Shown in pieces: positions 55,139-64,000 of a stretch of DNA of 64,000 bases. Below the pieces are notes generated by a model. That model saw only the letters and a list, made by a program, of their open reading frames with translations, was not told the DNA's origin and ran no database searches. A program made the translations under genes and the position numbers. The stretch lies in the sequence record OK040170.1; one strand, given 5' to 3'. Positions within the stretch are counted from its first letter, which is position 1. Every line of letters starts with the position of its first letter.

Positions 55139-55446
55139 GATGTGCTGGTAAAGGTTTAGTCGCCTTTTTTAAGATCGTCCGCTAACGATTGATACTAGCG
55201 CATCTTTTTTATTGAAGAATCCCGCCGATCGGGTAGCGTACGTCTGGCGTAGTCATTACTCTAATTGAGTGGGGATACGAGGGGTTTACCAGTCGATCGG
55301 TGGTACCAAACTCCGAGCAGGTTGCAGCCGGCTGGAGTAAATAGGGGACTGCGAGTCCCCAGGTGCATAAAGGCCCAGAAATGGCGCCCGGCACAAGACG
55401 CAGCGCGTCGGTATCGAGAGGGGCTTCGGCCCCTCTCTTTATTTTC
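55139..55446 (+). other. GC-rich structured intergenic region (candidate ncRNA) ending in a terminator
   Basis: GATGTGCTGGT/ACTAGCGCATC junction, CCGATC/GATCGG domain, GGGGACT/AGTCCCC, then GAGAGGGGC-ttcg-GCCCCTCTC plus T-run. Confidence 0.45.
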
Positions 55447-55463
55447 TTCAACGGGAAACTGTT

Positions 55464-55940
55464 ATGAAATTCATACTGGCATTGAATCCTAAAGATCCGG
55501 CAATTAAAGGTTACGAATCAGATCTTCTTAAGATGATCCAGATTATGGATAAACGAGAAGCTACTTACTGGAAAGAGTCAGCTAACTTAGATATCCTTAG
55601 TCGTGAGATGGAGTGTAAAACCTTAGAGGAACGTTGGGTAGACGATACTCAAATACTAATGCTCCTTGTGAGGGGTAATCCTGTAGGTTTCGTTGAGTAC
55701 ACGACCGCAGTAGTTAACGCTAGTTCTAAGTGGCTTTCTATATGTTATCTGTACGTACAACGAGAGTACAGAGGGTTTGGATATGGATCTGCACTAGTTG
55801 ATCAAGTAAGGAACTTTGCCAAGATCCAACAAGTAGATCAGTTATCACTTTCAGTCAAGTCAAGAAATAAACGAGCCATTAAGTTTTACAAGAGATACGG
55901 TTTCTCGGAACAGACTAAGTACTTCTGTATGAAACCTTAA
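55464..55940 (+). CDS. GNAT family N-acetyltransferase
   Basis: LYVQREYRGFGYGSALV and NKRAIKFYKRYGF. Confidence 0.88.
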   Translation: MKFILALNPKDPAIKGYESDLLKMIQIMDKREATYWKESANLDILSREMECKTLEERWVDDTQILMLLVRGNPVGFVEYTTAVVNASSKWLSICYLYVQREYRGFGYGSALVDQVRNFAKIQQVDQLSLSVKSRNKRAIKFYKRYGFSEQTKYFCMKP

Positions 55941-55954
55941 TTAGGAGAGTAACG

Positions 55955-56155
55955 ATGATTATCTTCCCTGGGATTACTGCGGTAGAGAAAAGTCAACTGA
56001 GCGTCGGTACGCTCATTAATTATACCGGGCTAGGACTCAAGTTTAAATGTGATGTCTGCGAAGAGAAGTTAACCGTAAGCTATTACAAAGACAGTAAACC
56101 CGAAGATCGGATTATCTGTTCAAAGTGCAGCGGTTCTTCTTTCAGCACCTACTAA
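55955..56155 (+). CDS. small zinc-ribbon protein (66 aa)
   Basis: CDVC...CSKC; AGGAG SD. Confidence 0.7.
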   Translation: MIIFPGITAVEKSQLSVGTLINYTGLGLKFKCDVCEEKLTVSYYKDSKPEDRIICSKCSGSSFSTY

Positions 56156-56196
56156 GCAAACATAGGGAGAGGGAAAACCCTCTCCCTCTATAATGT

Positions 56197-59166
56197 TTAA
56201 ACGCCGTCAGGAATATTGAGCATGGAGTTAACCTGATCCGTAGACCACTCGAGAATATCGAATGTACGGGAGTTAATGTTCTCCTGGTCACCGGTATCTA
56301 AGACGAACTCAAATACGAACGTAGGAGCGTCCTGATCAATCCTGTCAATACGACCTATCGCTTGTTCCATGTTGTAGCTACGGAACGGCACGTTCAATGC
56401 CAGGATGGTATTTGCCATTGTCATCGGTACGGCACTGGAAAGAGATTGGAATGTAGTAACCATCGCCCGCTCTTTACCCGTTTCGAACTTCTTGACTTCA
56501 CTATCAGCAGTACCTTCAGAACTACCGTGAACTACCAGTGGTTGAATGCCTTTACCTTTAAGATATTTGGCACACTCATCAACTACCTTAACGTACGAAG
56601 TAAAGACGACAGTTTTCTTCTCAGCCTCCTCGATATACTTCTCGATTTTAGCATGACGCATAACTGCCTCAACTGCTTCCTCACGCCGTTTGGATACAAG
56701 TGACCCAAGACACTCCCCTCTGACTTTCAATTCAACATACTTGATTACAGAGAGATAGGATCGCAGTTTCTTCCTACGTTCATTATCCAAAGCAGGTAAA
56801 AGAACATTCTTCTCGTACTTATTAACAAATACGATAGTGTCCCGGATTTTAGGATAATCAGTAGTCTTAACTATCACGTTGAACATCTTACGATAAAGCG
56901 CGAACTGTTGCTTCTGCTGAGGACTCTTCAACGCCTTCTCAAAGATGGCAAGGGACTCGTTGTAATACTTCAGAGCATTACCTCGCTGACCTTCCCAGTA
57001 CTTCAAACGATCCTTGATAAACTTCTCCATATCTTTCTTGAGAGTAGTCAACAAGAAAGGAGTTGGGTCGGGTATCTTAACAGGGACACGTTCGATCTTA
57101 GGTTCGGTTTTAACAACCTCAGCTTTGAAGACGATATTACCCAGACGATGACTAATGATGTCGAATACCTTATTACTGGACTTACCGTATAACTTACGGA
57201 AAGCCTCTGCAACATCGTCGTTCATGAGCGGATCGATTGTCCTTAGCATCGTGATCGCTTCAGTACCGTATGCTTTAAGCGGGGTTGCCGATGCCCAAAT
57301 AGTCGACATGGGTTCGATGATCTTCCATGCTTCGTACATGATGTTATTTCGACCACTCGTCTCTTCGTTCAACGTGTGGGATTCGTCGAGTATTAACGTG
57401 ACTTTCTTACCACGGAACTTACTCGCAATCTCTTTGAAATAACGTAGGTCTTCTACGTGGAAGATCAGGAAAGGAGGAGGATTTCCTTTTAACTCTTTGT
57501 CCCGATCGTAGATCCAGTACTTAGGAGGATTACGAAAATCTTCCTTCATCGACTTTTCCCAAACACGATAGACCGCACGTTTGAGCGTTATGATAATCGT
57601 GAAGTCTGACCCTAACATCTGGGACAGAGCCAACGAGGTATAGGTGTTGTGAGTCACGATAAAATCATCAGTAACGTACAATCTCCTAGGGTGACTAATC
57701 GAAATACATTGGGTTTCCTCCATCCCTATTTCGATTATCTTTTCAACCCGTAAAGAAAGATGCTCGCTGTACTGATTACTTAGCTCGGCCCGCTGAAGCT
57801 TCCTAGGTAAAGTGAAAAGTTCCGATGCCTTTTTAATCCGAATATTAACTCGGTAGTGTAAAGCTCCGGTTTTCTTTTCTCCCTTGTAAACATAAGTTGG
57901 AACCTTAGTAGATATTCTGGCAATACCGCCAAGGCTACGAACAAGGTACTGCACGGATTTTGCTAAGTTCTCCGAAGAAGATGAGTAACTAACGCACGGA
58001 CTATTTAAATCAACCGTCCCATCAGTGTCCATCAATCCCTGAAGTAGCTCAAGTCTTTGCTTTATAGATCCATTTAGATAGATCTCAGGTACGAATTTAT
58101 CGACAGCATTTTTACCAGCAAGACCTAAATCTCGTAACCTCCACATCAATGAATTTTCATTCACCCCATCTTTGCAGATTATGGAGAACGTAAGACCCCG
58201 ACTTGAAGGTAATTCCGAAATAACTAAGTCGTTAGGTAGTCTGGATGATACTTTATCCCAGATGAACTTATCGTATTTAGAAACCGTCACAGCCTTTTCG
58301 CCGATATGACCATCCCCAAGAATAACGCCCAAGATATATGGGTCGATCGGGAGATCGATATCCGGAGAATCTTCCGGAATAGCTAAAGGAACCGCCATTC
58401 TTCTAGATATACTGGTGCCACGCTCCAATCTTTCCTTTATTTCTTCGGTGGTAAGTAAAAGGGATCCCTTGTCCGCACGGTAACGAATTTCCCAAAGGTG
58501 TTCTGGGTTAACGTCAGTGTACCGACCATCAGCAAAAATAACACGATAAACCCTAGTTACGCCTTGAGGGTGAACCCCAGTTACATTTGTAACTGTGCCA
58601 TCCTGAGCTATTACGGGATCGCCGACTTTGATATCCCCCATGCGCTTCCAGCCACCGGGCACTTTAATCAACGACGACAGAACCTGAGCTTTACCAGTAC
58701 CAGTTCCCATAGCCAACGTATAGCCACGAAGACGGAATCTTGGTACTACGTTATCGTATTTATCAAAGAACTCATCCTGGTGTTCCTTAGGCGTGAATTT
58801 GAACAATGATAACTTAGAACGATTAAGGATTGGATCGTGTTCTTCTTGAGTACTCTTCAGCCAGGTATTTTCTAACATGGCGTTTTTAACGGACACCAGA
58901 GATCGTTTGGAGGTCTTGTTTAACTTAGGGAACTCCAATAACTTGTCGACAATGTAAACGAACTCTACTGCGAAGAAACTATAAAACTCAATCTCGTAGG
59001 GAGAGACTTTAATGAACATCGATTTGGCGATCCTGTTTGTCCGCCACAGAGAATAGATGTCCGCAAACATGTTCTTGGTTTTCAAAGCCGAAACAGTAAT
59101 CTTCCCATTACTCTCCACGACCTTAACCGAACCAATTAAAGAACGAATTGGGTTAAGAATGCCCAT
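56197..59166 (-). CDS. SF2/SNF2-like helicase (phiKZ gp203-like) containing an intein
   Basis: Walker A MGTGTGK/T, LDESH, SATP, EQAIGRIDR; TATG upstream on its strand. Confidence 0.85.
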   Translation of the reverse strand: MGILNPIRSLIGSVKVVESNGKITVSALKTKNMFADIYSLWRTNRIAKSMFIKVSPYEIEFYSFFAVEFVYIVDKLLEFPKLNKTSKRSLVSVKNAMLENTWLKSTQEEHDPILNRSKLSLFKFTPKEHQDEFFDKYDNVVPRFRLRGYTLAMGTGTGKAQVLSSLIKVPGGWKRMGDIKVGDPVIAQDGTVTNVTGVHPQGVTRVYRVIFADGRYTDVNPEHLWEIRYRADKGSLLLTTEEIKERLERGTSISRRMAVPLAIPEDSPDIDLPIDPYILGVILGDGHIGEKAVTVSKYDKFIWDKVSSRLPNDLVISELPSSRGLTFSIICKDGVNENSLMWRLRDLGLAGKNAVDKFVPEIYLNGSIKQRLELLQGLMDTDGTVDLNSPCVSYSSSSENLAKSVQYLVRSLGGIARISTKVPTYVYKGEKKTGALHYRVNIRIKKASELFTLPRKLQRAELSNQYSEHLSLRVEKIIEIGMEETQCISISHPRRLYVTDDFIVTHNTYTSLALSQMLGSDFTIIITLKRAVYRVWEKSMKEDFRNPPKYWIYDRDKELKGNPPPFLIFHVEDLRYFKEIASKFRGKKVTLILDESHTLNEETSGRNNIMYEAWKIIEPMSTIWASATPLKAYGTEAITMLRTIDPLMNDDVAEAFRKLYGKSSNKVFDIISHRLGNIVFKAEVVKTEPKIERVPVKIPDPTPFLLTTLKKDMEKFIKDRLKYWEGQRGNALKYYNESLAIFEKALKSPQQKQQFALYRKMFNVIVKTTDYPKIRDTIVFVNKYEKNVLLPALDNERRKKLRSYLSVIKYVELKVRGECLGSLVSKRREEAVEAVMRHAKIEKYIEEAEKKTVVFTSYVKVVDECAKYLKGKGIQPLVVHGSSEGTADSEVKKFETGKERAMVTTFQSLSSAVPMTMANTILALNVPFRSYNMEQAIGRIDRIDQDAPTFVFEFVLDTGDQENINSRTFDILEWSTDQVNSMLNIPDGV
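57646..58689 (-). mobile_element. class 3 intein with LAGLIDADG (DOD) endonuclease, 348 aa
   Basis: Ala1 start, NPEHLW, LGVILGDG and LQGLMDTDG, TQCISI, VTHN end, Thr +1. Confidence 0.92.
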
Positions 59167-59220
59167 TACAGTTTACCCGATAGTTGATTAGCCTAGACAT
59201 AGAAAATCTCGAAAAGTATT

Positions 59221-59242
59221 CACGTATATATTACTACCATGA
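59221..59242 (+). promoter_or_regulatory. TATATTAC early promoter
   Basis: CACGTATATATTACTACCATGA. Confidence 0.75.
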
Positions 59243-59268
59243 TAGAGGTCATTAGTAGGTAATGTCAG

Positions 59269-59937
59269 ATGGGCAATCTAATAGTTAAGTTCGATTACCC
59301 AGCGGGTATACGGGCTAAGATAAAAGAATGGGTTAAGAATAATCCGTTCTTCGAAGCATTGATCTTTTCGATGGTAATCGAATCTAAGATCGATACCATG
59401 TTCGCTTGTCCTGAAATAGAAGGGCTCGCAGATAAGTTTAAAGGTAACTACGAATCCCTAGAGGATCACCTTGACGGTAAAGAATTCAGTCATGCTAAAC
59501 CGACTGAGTTAGGATTGGACGTAATAGCTAACAAGGATAAAGATAAACTCCTTGACTATTCTCCGATGAGGTCGATAAACGATATCCGTTTCTTCAAAGA
59601 CCAAGAAGAGATGAAGAAGTGGTTTAAAGGCCCAGGTAAACACTGCTCCAGATTTATCCTGATTTGTTCAACTGTGGTATTAAAGGAATATGGGGTAGTA
59701 AACTCCAATCAAGGAAACGACCTGGAAGAGTGTTTAAAGATCAACGGCAAGATGTTTGATTACATCACAGCCAAGAAAGCGCAGTGGGCAGTATTGAACT
59801 TTAACGTGAATGGAAATGAGGGAGCGATCAATAATTCGTCTAGAGTTATCGAACGTTTAATCACCTTAACCATGAACGCTAAGAGAAAAGCACGCGGCAG
59901 AGACGCCGGTAAATTAATCGCACCAATCGAAAACTAA
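59269..59937 (+). CDS. hypothetical protein (222 aa)
   Basis: Follows the early promoter. Confidence 0.7.
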   Translation: MGNLIVKFDYPAGIRAKIKEWVKNNPFFEALIFSMVIESKIDTMFACPEIEGLADKFKGNYESLEDHLDGKEFSHAKPTELGLDVIANKDKDKLLDYSPMRSINDIRFFKDQEEMKKWFKGPGKHCSRFILICSTVVLKEYGVVNSNQGNDLEECLKINGKMFDYITAKKAQWAVLNFNVNGNEGAINNSSRVIERLITLTMNAKRKARGRDAGKLIAPIEN

Positions 59938-59947
59938 GGAAATACAA

Positions 59948-60355
59948 ATGAAAAACATCACCAAAACTATCGCAGCTATCGCATTCACAACCGGCGCAAT
60001 GTTCGCAGCCAATAACGTATATGCCGCAGACGGCTACAAATCTCCAGATGTGAAATACGCTAAACCATGCGTAGCCGACGCTCGCCAGAAGGCGAAGCTC
60101 ATGGCTAACACCTACCAGGAAATGAACCAGCTGGATTACGAAGCTGAACTGAAACTGGTCGACCCTACCTTCCCGGCGGCGTTCCGCAATCCGGTACGCA
60201 AAGAGCAGTTCGTTCACCCGATCGAATTCAAAGTGCTGTTCGTCCGTGGTTTCGAAACACGTATCCGCGTGATGTACTCCAACTCCTCAGCCACTGATCC
60301 TAACATGTGTGTATTCCAGGGCATCGAATTCCTCGACCTGACCGACGCAAACTAA
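59948..60355 (+). CDS. exported protein with signal peptide (135 aa)
   Basis: MKNITK plus hydrophobic core plus VYA cleavage-like site. Confidence 0.75.
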   Translation: MKNITKTIAAIAFTTGAMFAANNVYAADGYKSPDVKYAKPCVADARQKAKLMANTYQEMNQLDYEAELKLVDPTFPAAFRNPVRKEQFVHPIEFKVLFVRGFETRIRVMYSNSSATDPNMCVFQGIEFLDLTDAN

Positions 60356-60382
60356 TTCTACCAATCCGAAATAGCGGTCTTA

Positions 60383-60925
60383 ATGGCCGCTAATAAATTT
60401 AAGGAGCTTAACGTGACTAAACGATTTATTCTGCTGAAGGACATTTTTGGAGAAAACTGGAAACGAGGTGGCGTAGTAGACTTAGCCGAAGTGGTCATGA
60501 TTGCACCGGCTAATATCGCGGTACCGCGTACACTCGATGATATCCGCATCATCACTCGTGGCGGCGCAGAAACTCGCATCATCGTTGAAGATTTAAATCA
60601 GTCCTCTATCGTAGCCGCTAACGATAAGTTGGTACAAGCCTTCATGGATTATGTTACCGCTCAAGCAGAGGGGCCGGAACTTCCCCCGGAACAAATTAAA
60701 CCAACACGGGAAGAAAAGCTGGCTCGGTTCAATAAAGGAGTTGCTGCTGAAATAACAAGGTCAGATAGCTATGGTCATATAGCCGCCTTTTACCTGAGCA
60801 TTACCGAATCGACGGAATGGGATACGAAAACACTCAGTGGTCTCGACGAAATCCTTAAGTACCCAAAAGGGACCTGGCAAGACACCTACCGTAAAATAAT
60901 GGAGTGCGAAGATGTTGTTCTCTAA
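60383..60925 (+). CDS. hypothetical protein (180 aa)
   Basis: Operon member. Confidence 0.7.
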   Translation: MAANKFKELNVTKRFILLKDIFGENWKRGGVVDLAEVVMIAPANIAVPRTLDDIRIITRGGAETRIIVEDLNQSSIVAANDKLVQAFMDYVTAQAEGPELPPEQIKPTREEKLARFNKGVAAEITRSDSYGHIAAFYLSITESTEWDTKTLSGLDEILKYPKGTWQDTYRKIMECEDVVL

Positions 60926-61214
60926 CTACAAGGCAGTCACGATCCAACGTTCAGACGTACCTGATCTGAAATCACTGTACATCATGGTACTGCTCAACTC
61001 TCACGCTGTCGACCATCTGGCTGAATACGCTATGGTGCGCGATGAGACAACCGTCGGCGTATTCGCTGTTAAACCAACTGGCGAGACTGTAGAAGACTCG
61101 CTCACCATTATTCGTTTAACCGGCGGGGCTGTTAAGTTCATCCTTTCCGAATCCATGATTGAGTTTACCGTCGATCAATCCTTCCTCAAACGTTTTATCT
61201 CAGGAATTCAATAA
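60912..61214 (+). CDS. hypothetical protein (100 aa)
   Basis: GGAG SD. Confidence 0.7.
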   Translation: MLFSNYKAVTIQRSDVPDLKSLYIMVLLNSHAVDHLAEYAMVRDETTVGVFAVKPTGETVEDSLTIIRLTGGAVKFILSESMIEFTVDQSFLKRFISGIQ

Positions 61215-61690
61215 TGGCCAGAAAAGTAGAAGTTACTTCCCTTACCGATGATGCCGGTGAACTAGCCTTAACGCTGACCTACGAACGCCACTCGGAAACT
61301 GCGCGCTTTACCACCGAAGAGTTGAAACCTCTCGATGGATTAAAGTACGCGCTCTGCCTTTTATTTGCAGACGATTGGAAAGAAGAAGGTTTCATTCGCC
61401 GTATGTCATCTGATGAAATTAAAATCAAGTATGACATCACGATCTCAAAAGAAGCCGATTTGGCGGCAACTCAGTTGAACAACGGGTTCAAAGACCTGTT
61501 CCGTGAATTCCCTGGTACCTCCACCACCAAGGAAGACCGCATCACGGCATTAGTCCAATCATTGCTGTCCGATATCAACACCCGTGCGCTGCACAAACAC
61601 CAAAACGGCGATAGCTGGACATTGGAAGATTGTAAGAAAGGAGCCGACCTAGGTCGTAGCGTAATCAACCAGTTAAAAGAGTTATTGTAA
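61214..61690 (+). CDS. hypothetical protein (158 aa)
   Basis: TAATG junction, AGGA SD. Confidence 0.75.
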   Translation: MARKVEVTSLTDDAGELALTLTYERHSETARFTTEELKPLDGLKYALCLLFADDWKEEGFIRRMSSDEIKIKYDITISKEADLAATQLNNGFKDLFREFPGTSTTKEDRITALVQSLLSDINTRALHKHQNGDSWTLEDCKKGADLGRSVINQLKELL

Positions 61691-61760
61691 CATAATCGCA
61701 GAGTACCCTTCGGGGTACTCTGCTTAATCTAAAGTAACTATTTCTTTTTTGGAGAATTCA

Positions 61761-62405
61761 ATGAAAACTAAAGTCGAACGTATAAAGGCTGTGTGCGATA
61801 AACTGAATCCCGAAAAAGAATACTTCTTTACTGGGATCGGTTCAACTGAAGTAACCGAAGACGAGTTCTCTTTAATGAAAATGCTCGCCTCAGTAATCTC
61901 AGTTACTTTCAGAATCGGAGTTCGTTCAGGTCGTGCTCCTGGATCTGACCAAGCCTTCCAAGCTGGCGTGGAGTATTCCAACCATAAATGCAGTTTGAAC
62001 AATCTCCCCTTAGCGCCATTGGAGATTTACTTACCCTGGAGAAAGTTTGAGATCGATAACCCGAATACCTCTAAGGATAATTCAATTTGGGAAATGGATC
62101 ACTACGACAAAGCCTCAGAGATCTGCTCAACAATCCACCCTATCTTCGACAGACTAACGGATGCTCAACGTAAGTTCCACGTACGTAACGTTTATCAGAC
62201 CTTAGGTAAAGATCTAAACTCTCCGTCCCTCTTTGTGCTCTATTGCGCAGATGAGGATAAACACGGATTACCTAAGGGAGGAACTCGCACGGCTACTAAG
62301 TTAGCAGTAGATAGAAATATCCCTGTTTTGAACATCCGTGGTAAAACACTAACGTTTGTAATGGACTGGGTTCTAGAGATACTAGAGAGCCGGTTGTTAT
62401 GTTAA
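61761..62405 (+). CDS. SLOG-superfamily (DprA/Smf-like) nucleotide-binding protein
   Basis: FTGIGST, RSGRAPGSDQAF, YLPW, RNVYQ and GGTRTA motifs; start ATG 61761. Confidence 0.75.
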   Translation: MKTKVERIKAVCDKLNPEKEYFFTGIGSTEVTEDEFSLMKMLASVISVTFRIGVRSGRAPGSDQAFQAGVEYSNHKCSLNNLPLAPLEIYLPWRKFEIDNPNTSKDNSIWEMDHYDKASEICSTIHPIFDRLTDAQRKFHVRNVYQTLGKDLNSPSLFVLYCADEDKHGLPKGGTRTATKLAVDRNIPVLNIRGKTLTFVMDWVLEILESRLLC

Positions 62406-62436
62406 TTCGACAACCATGTGAAAAGGAATAACCAAA

Positions 62437-63306
62437 ATGTTAAGATCAAAAATCTTAGCGCGCTCCGCAGTCAGCAACGAAAGTTTCCTCGACTCCTTGA
62501 GAGCCAAAAAAGAACCAGAAACTAAAACGTTGCTGACGATCCCAGAGAAGACGATCGAAGCTACCGGGTATCTGGAAAAACACAAGAACGATGTCGAGAA
62601 TAAACTCGGCTCCGCTGAGTGGGTAGCTGAGCATTCCGATATCTCAACGATCAATCCGCTTTGGAGCCTGGTTCTCCTTAATGGGGAACTCCCAGAGAAC
62701 ATCGGTAAAGCGCTGACCGATAACTTCAAAGAAGCCATCGACTACGCCAAAGAAGGCGCGAAGGTACTCGAAGCTCGCAGTAAAGAGATCCGTGGTATCG
62801 AGAAGAAACTGGACGAAGACTACCAGGCCGATAAAATCGAGAACGCTTCTGCCGCTATCCAAAGCGCCTACTCGGACATCAAATGTCCACTGGAAGACCT
62901 TAAGTTCGACAAACCGATGCTCGGCGGTTTCGAAGTAGAGATGGACGGCACCAAACGCAAATACAAATTCCATGACGGTAAAGTCACCCTGGAAGAACTG
63001 CCTGCTGCCCAAGATATCGCCAAAGCGGTTAAAGTTGCTTTCGGTATCGTAGAAGAGGGTATGAAGTTCCTGAACGAATGGGACGACTACAAACTCTTCG
63101 ACGTTCCCGGTATCGATACTTCCGAAGGTATCTGGCGCGACCAATCCGTCAAGCACAACAACAAAAAGACCCGCGAGATCTCCGACTTCATCGATAGTGA
63201 GGGTCATGTAGAAGTCGCTGAGCTGTTCTACGTATCTCCTCTGCGTGCTGCGATTGATTCTGCGGTTGCCTTTATCCGCCTGGTCAACGACTCGAGCAAG
63301 AAGTAA
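62437..63306 (+). CDS. putative virion head protein with prohead-protease-type site
   Basis: N-terminal AVSNE/SFLDSL fits the S/A/G-x-E cleavage motif of phiKZ-like head proteins; strong codon bias. Confidence 0.55.
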   Translation: MLRSKILARSAVSNESFLDSLRAKKEPETKTLLTIPEKTIEATGYLEKHKNDVENKLGSAEWVAEHSDISTINPLWSLVLLNGELPENIGKALTDNFKEAIDYAKEGAKVLEARSKEIRGIEKKLDEDYQADKIENASAAIQSAYSDIKCPLEDLKFDKPMLGGFEVEMDGTKRKYKFHDGKVTLEELPAAQDIAKAVKVAFGIVEEGMKFLNEWDDYKLFDVPGIDTSEGIWRDQSVKHNNKKTREISDFIDSEGHVEVAELFYVSPLRAAIDSAVAFIRLVNDSSKK

Positions 63307-63332
63307 ACCCTAATTACGGGTGGAATCCAAGT

Positions 63333-63354
63333 CACGTATATATTACTCTAATGT
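63333..63354 (+). promoter_or_regulatory. TATATTAC early promoter
   Basis: CACGTATATATTACTCTAATGT. Confidence 0.75.
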
Positions 63355-63425
63355 AGGGGATTAGCTACCCTCTATTAAAAATCTTAACCTTGGCTTTCTT
63401 AGCCTCCTTTGCAAAGGATTTTTAA

Positions 63426-64000
63426 ATGAGTAAAGTAATACTGGCGGAAGATTCCACCTTAATCAATAAAAGTAGTTTACTCCTGGGCCAACCCGGCCCA
63501 GGGGTTTATGACCTTCTGATGACGATTGCGATCAACGCACTTCGTAAGCCTGAGGTCTTATTACCTGGCGCCCTGAAGGACGTCACCGAGCTTTTCAATA
63601 CCGAGCGATGGGGTAAGGAGGGATCTATTCCTCTTGCCTCCCTGCCGCCTTCTATAACGTCTGTATCGGGAGCGGAATTCTCAATCAACACCAAAGAAAC
63701 GATTTTCGAGGATGGCGATTACGAGAAGATCGTGGATATAATTCCGATTGACGACTTGATGGGTGATTTCGGATTCAACCGATCTGAGGGCGCTTTCGCT
63801 GGCGTCTATATCCTGACGTTCTCGAATAAACCGATCTCCTATATTGGATCGAGTGTAAACGTATTCAAACGTCTAAGGGAACATCGTAATAACCTGGCTG
63901 GCGATAGGCACTACAACAAGCGACTTCAGACCTTCTATAACCTGCACAAAGATGACCCTGTAGTTAGGATCAAAGTACAGGTTATTCGTACCGCTGAAAC
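63426..64000 (+). CDS. GIY-YIG endonuclease-domain protein (runs off window end)
   Basis: Open from ATG 63426 to the end; AGVYILTFSNKPISYIGSSVNVFKRLREH starts near 63798, after about 125 aa of N-terminal extension. Confidence 0.8.
   Translation, partial: MSKVILAEDSTLINKSSLLLGQPGPGVYDLLMTIAINALRKPEVLLPGALKDVTELFNTERWGKEGSIPLASLPPSITSVSGAEFSINTKETIFEDGDYEKIVDIIPIDDLMGDFGFNRSEGAFAGVYILTFSNKPISYIGSSVNVFKRLREHRNNLAGDRHYNKRLQTFYNLHKDDPVVRIKVQVIRTAE

Overview
This window is a 64 kb segment of a nucleus-forming, phiKZ-like jumbo phage (Chimalliviridae). It carries the family's core block in its usual order: PhuZ tubulin (13185-14147), family-B DNA polymerase polymerase-domain subunit (19092-21320), probable chimallin (22645-24477), non-virion RNA polymerase subunits (24579-26326, 31295-32812, 36448-38778, 38775-40766), an SbcD-like nuclease, a probable PicA/Imp1 importer and an SF2 helicase. 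Accessory gene clusters flank this block. Mobile elements visible in the sequence: a 296-nt endonuclease-less group I intron that splits the RNAP NxDFDG/D catalytic motif; two homologous 348-aa class 3 (Ala-start) LAGLIDADG inteins at the same Walker A position of two different SF2 helicases; and two free-standing GIY-YIG genes. The least explained signals are non-coding. (1) A three-copy ~130-bp module has C-GNA-G triloop hairpins and tandem-GA hairpins with compensatory changes, suggesting ssDNA structure, and each copy sits at the head of an accessory gene cluster. (2) A ~1-kb array (53550-54590) has one canonical tRNA (Tyr) among several tRNA-shaped RNAs with altered or replaced central domains. 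(3) There are two further structured intergenic regions, and a CATA tetramer fixed in front of most terminator hairpins. phiKZ gp numbers come from motifs plus recalled synteny; no database search was run.
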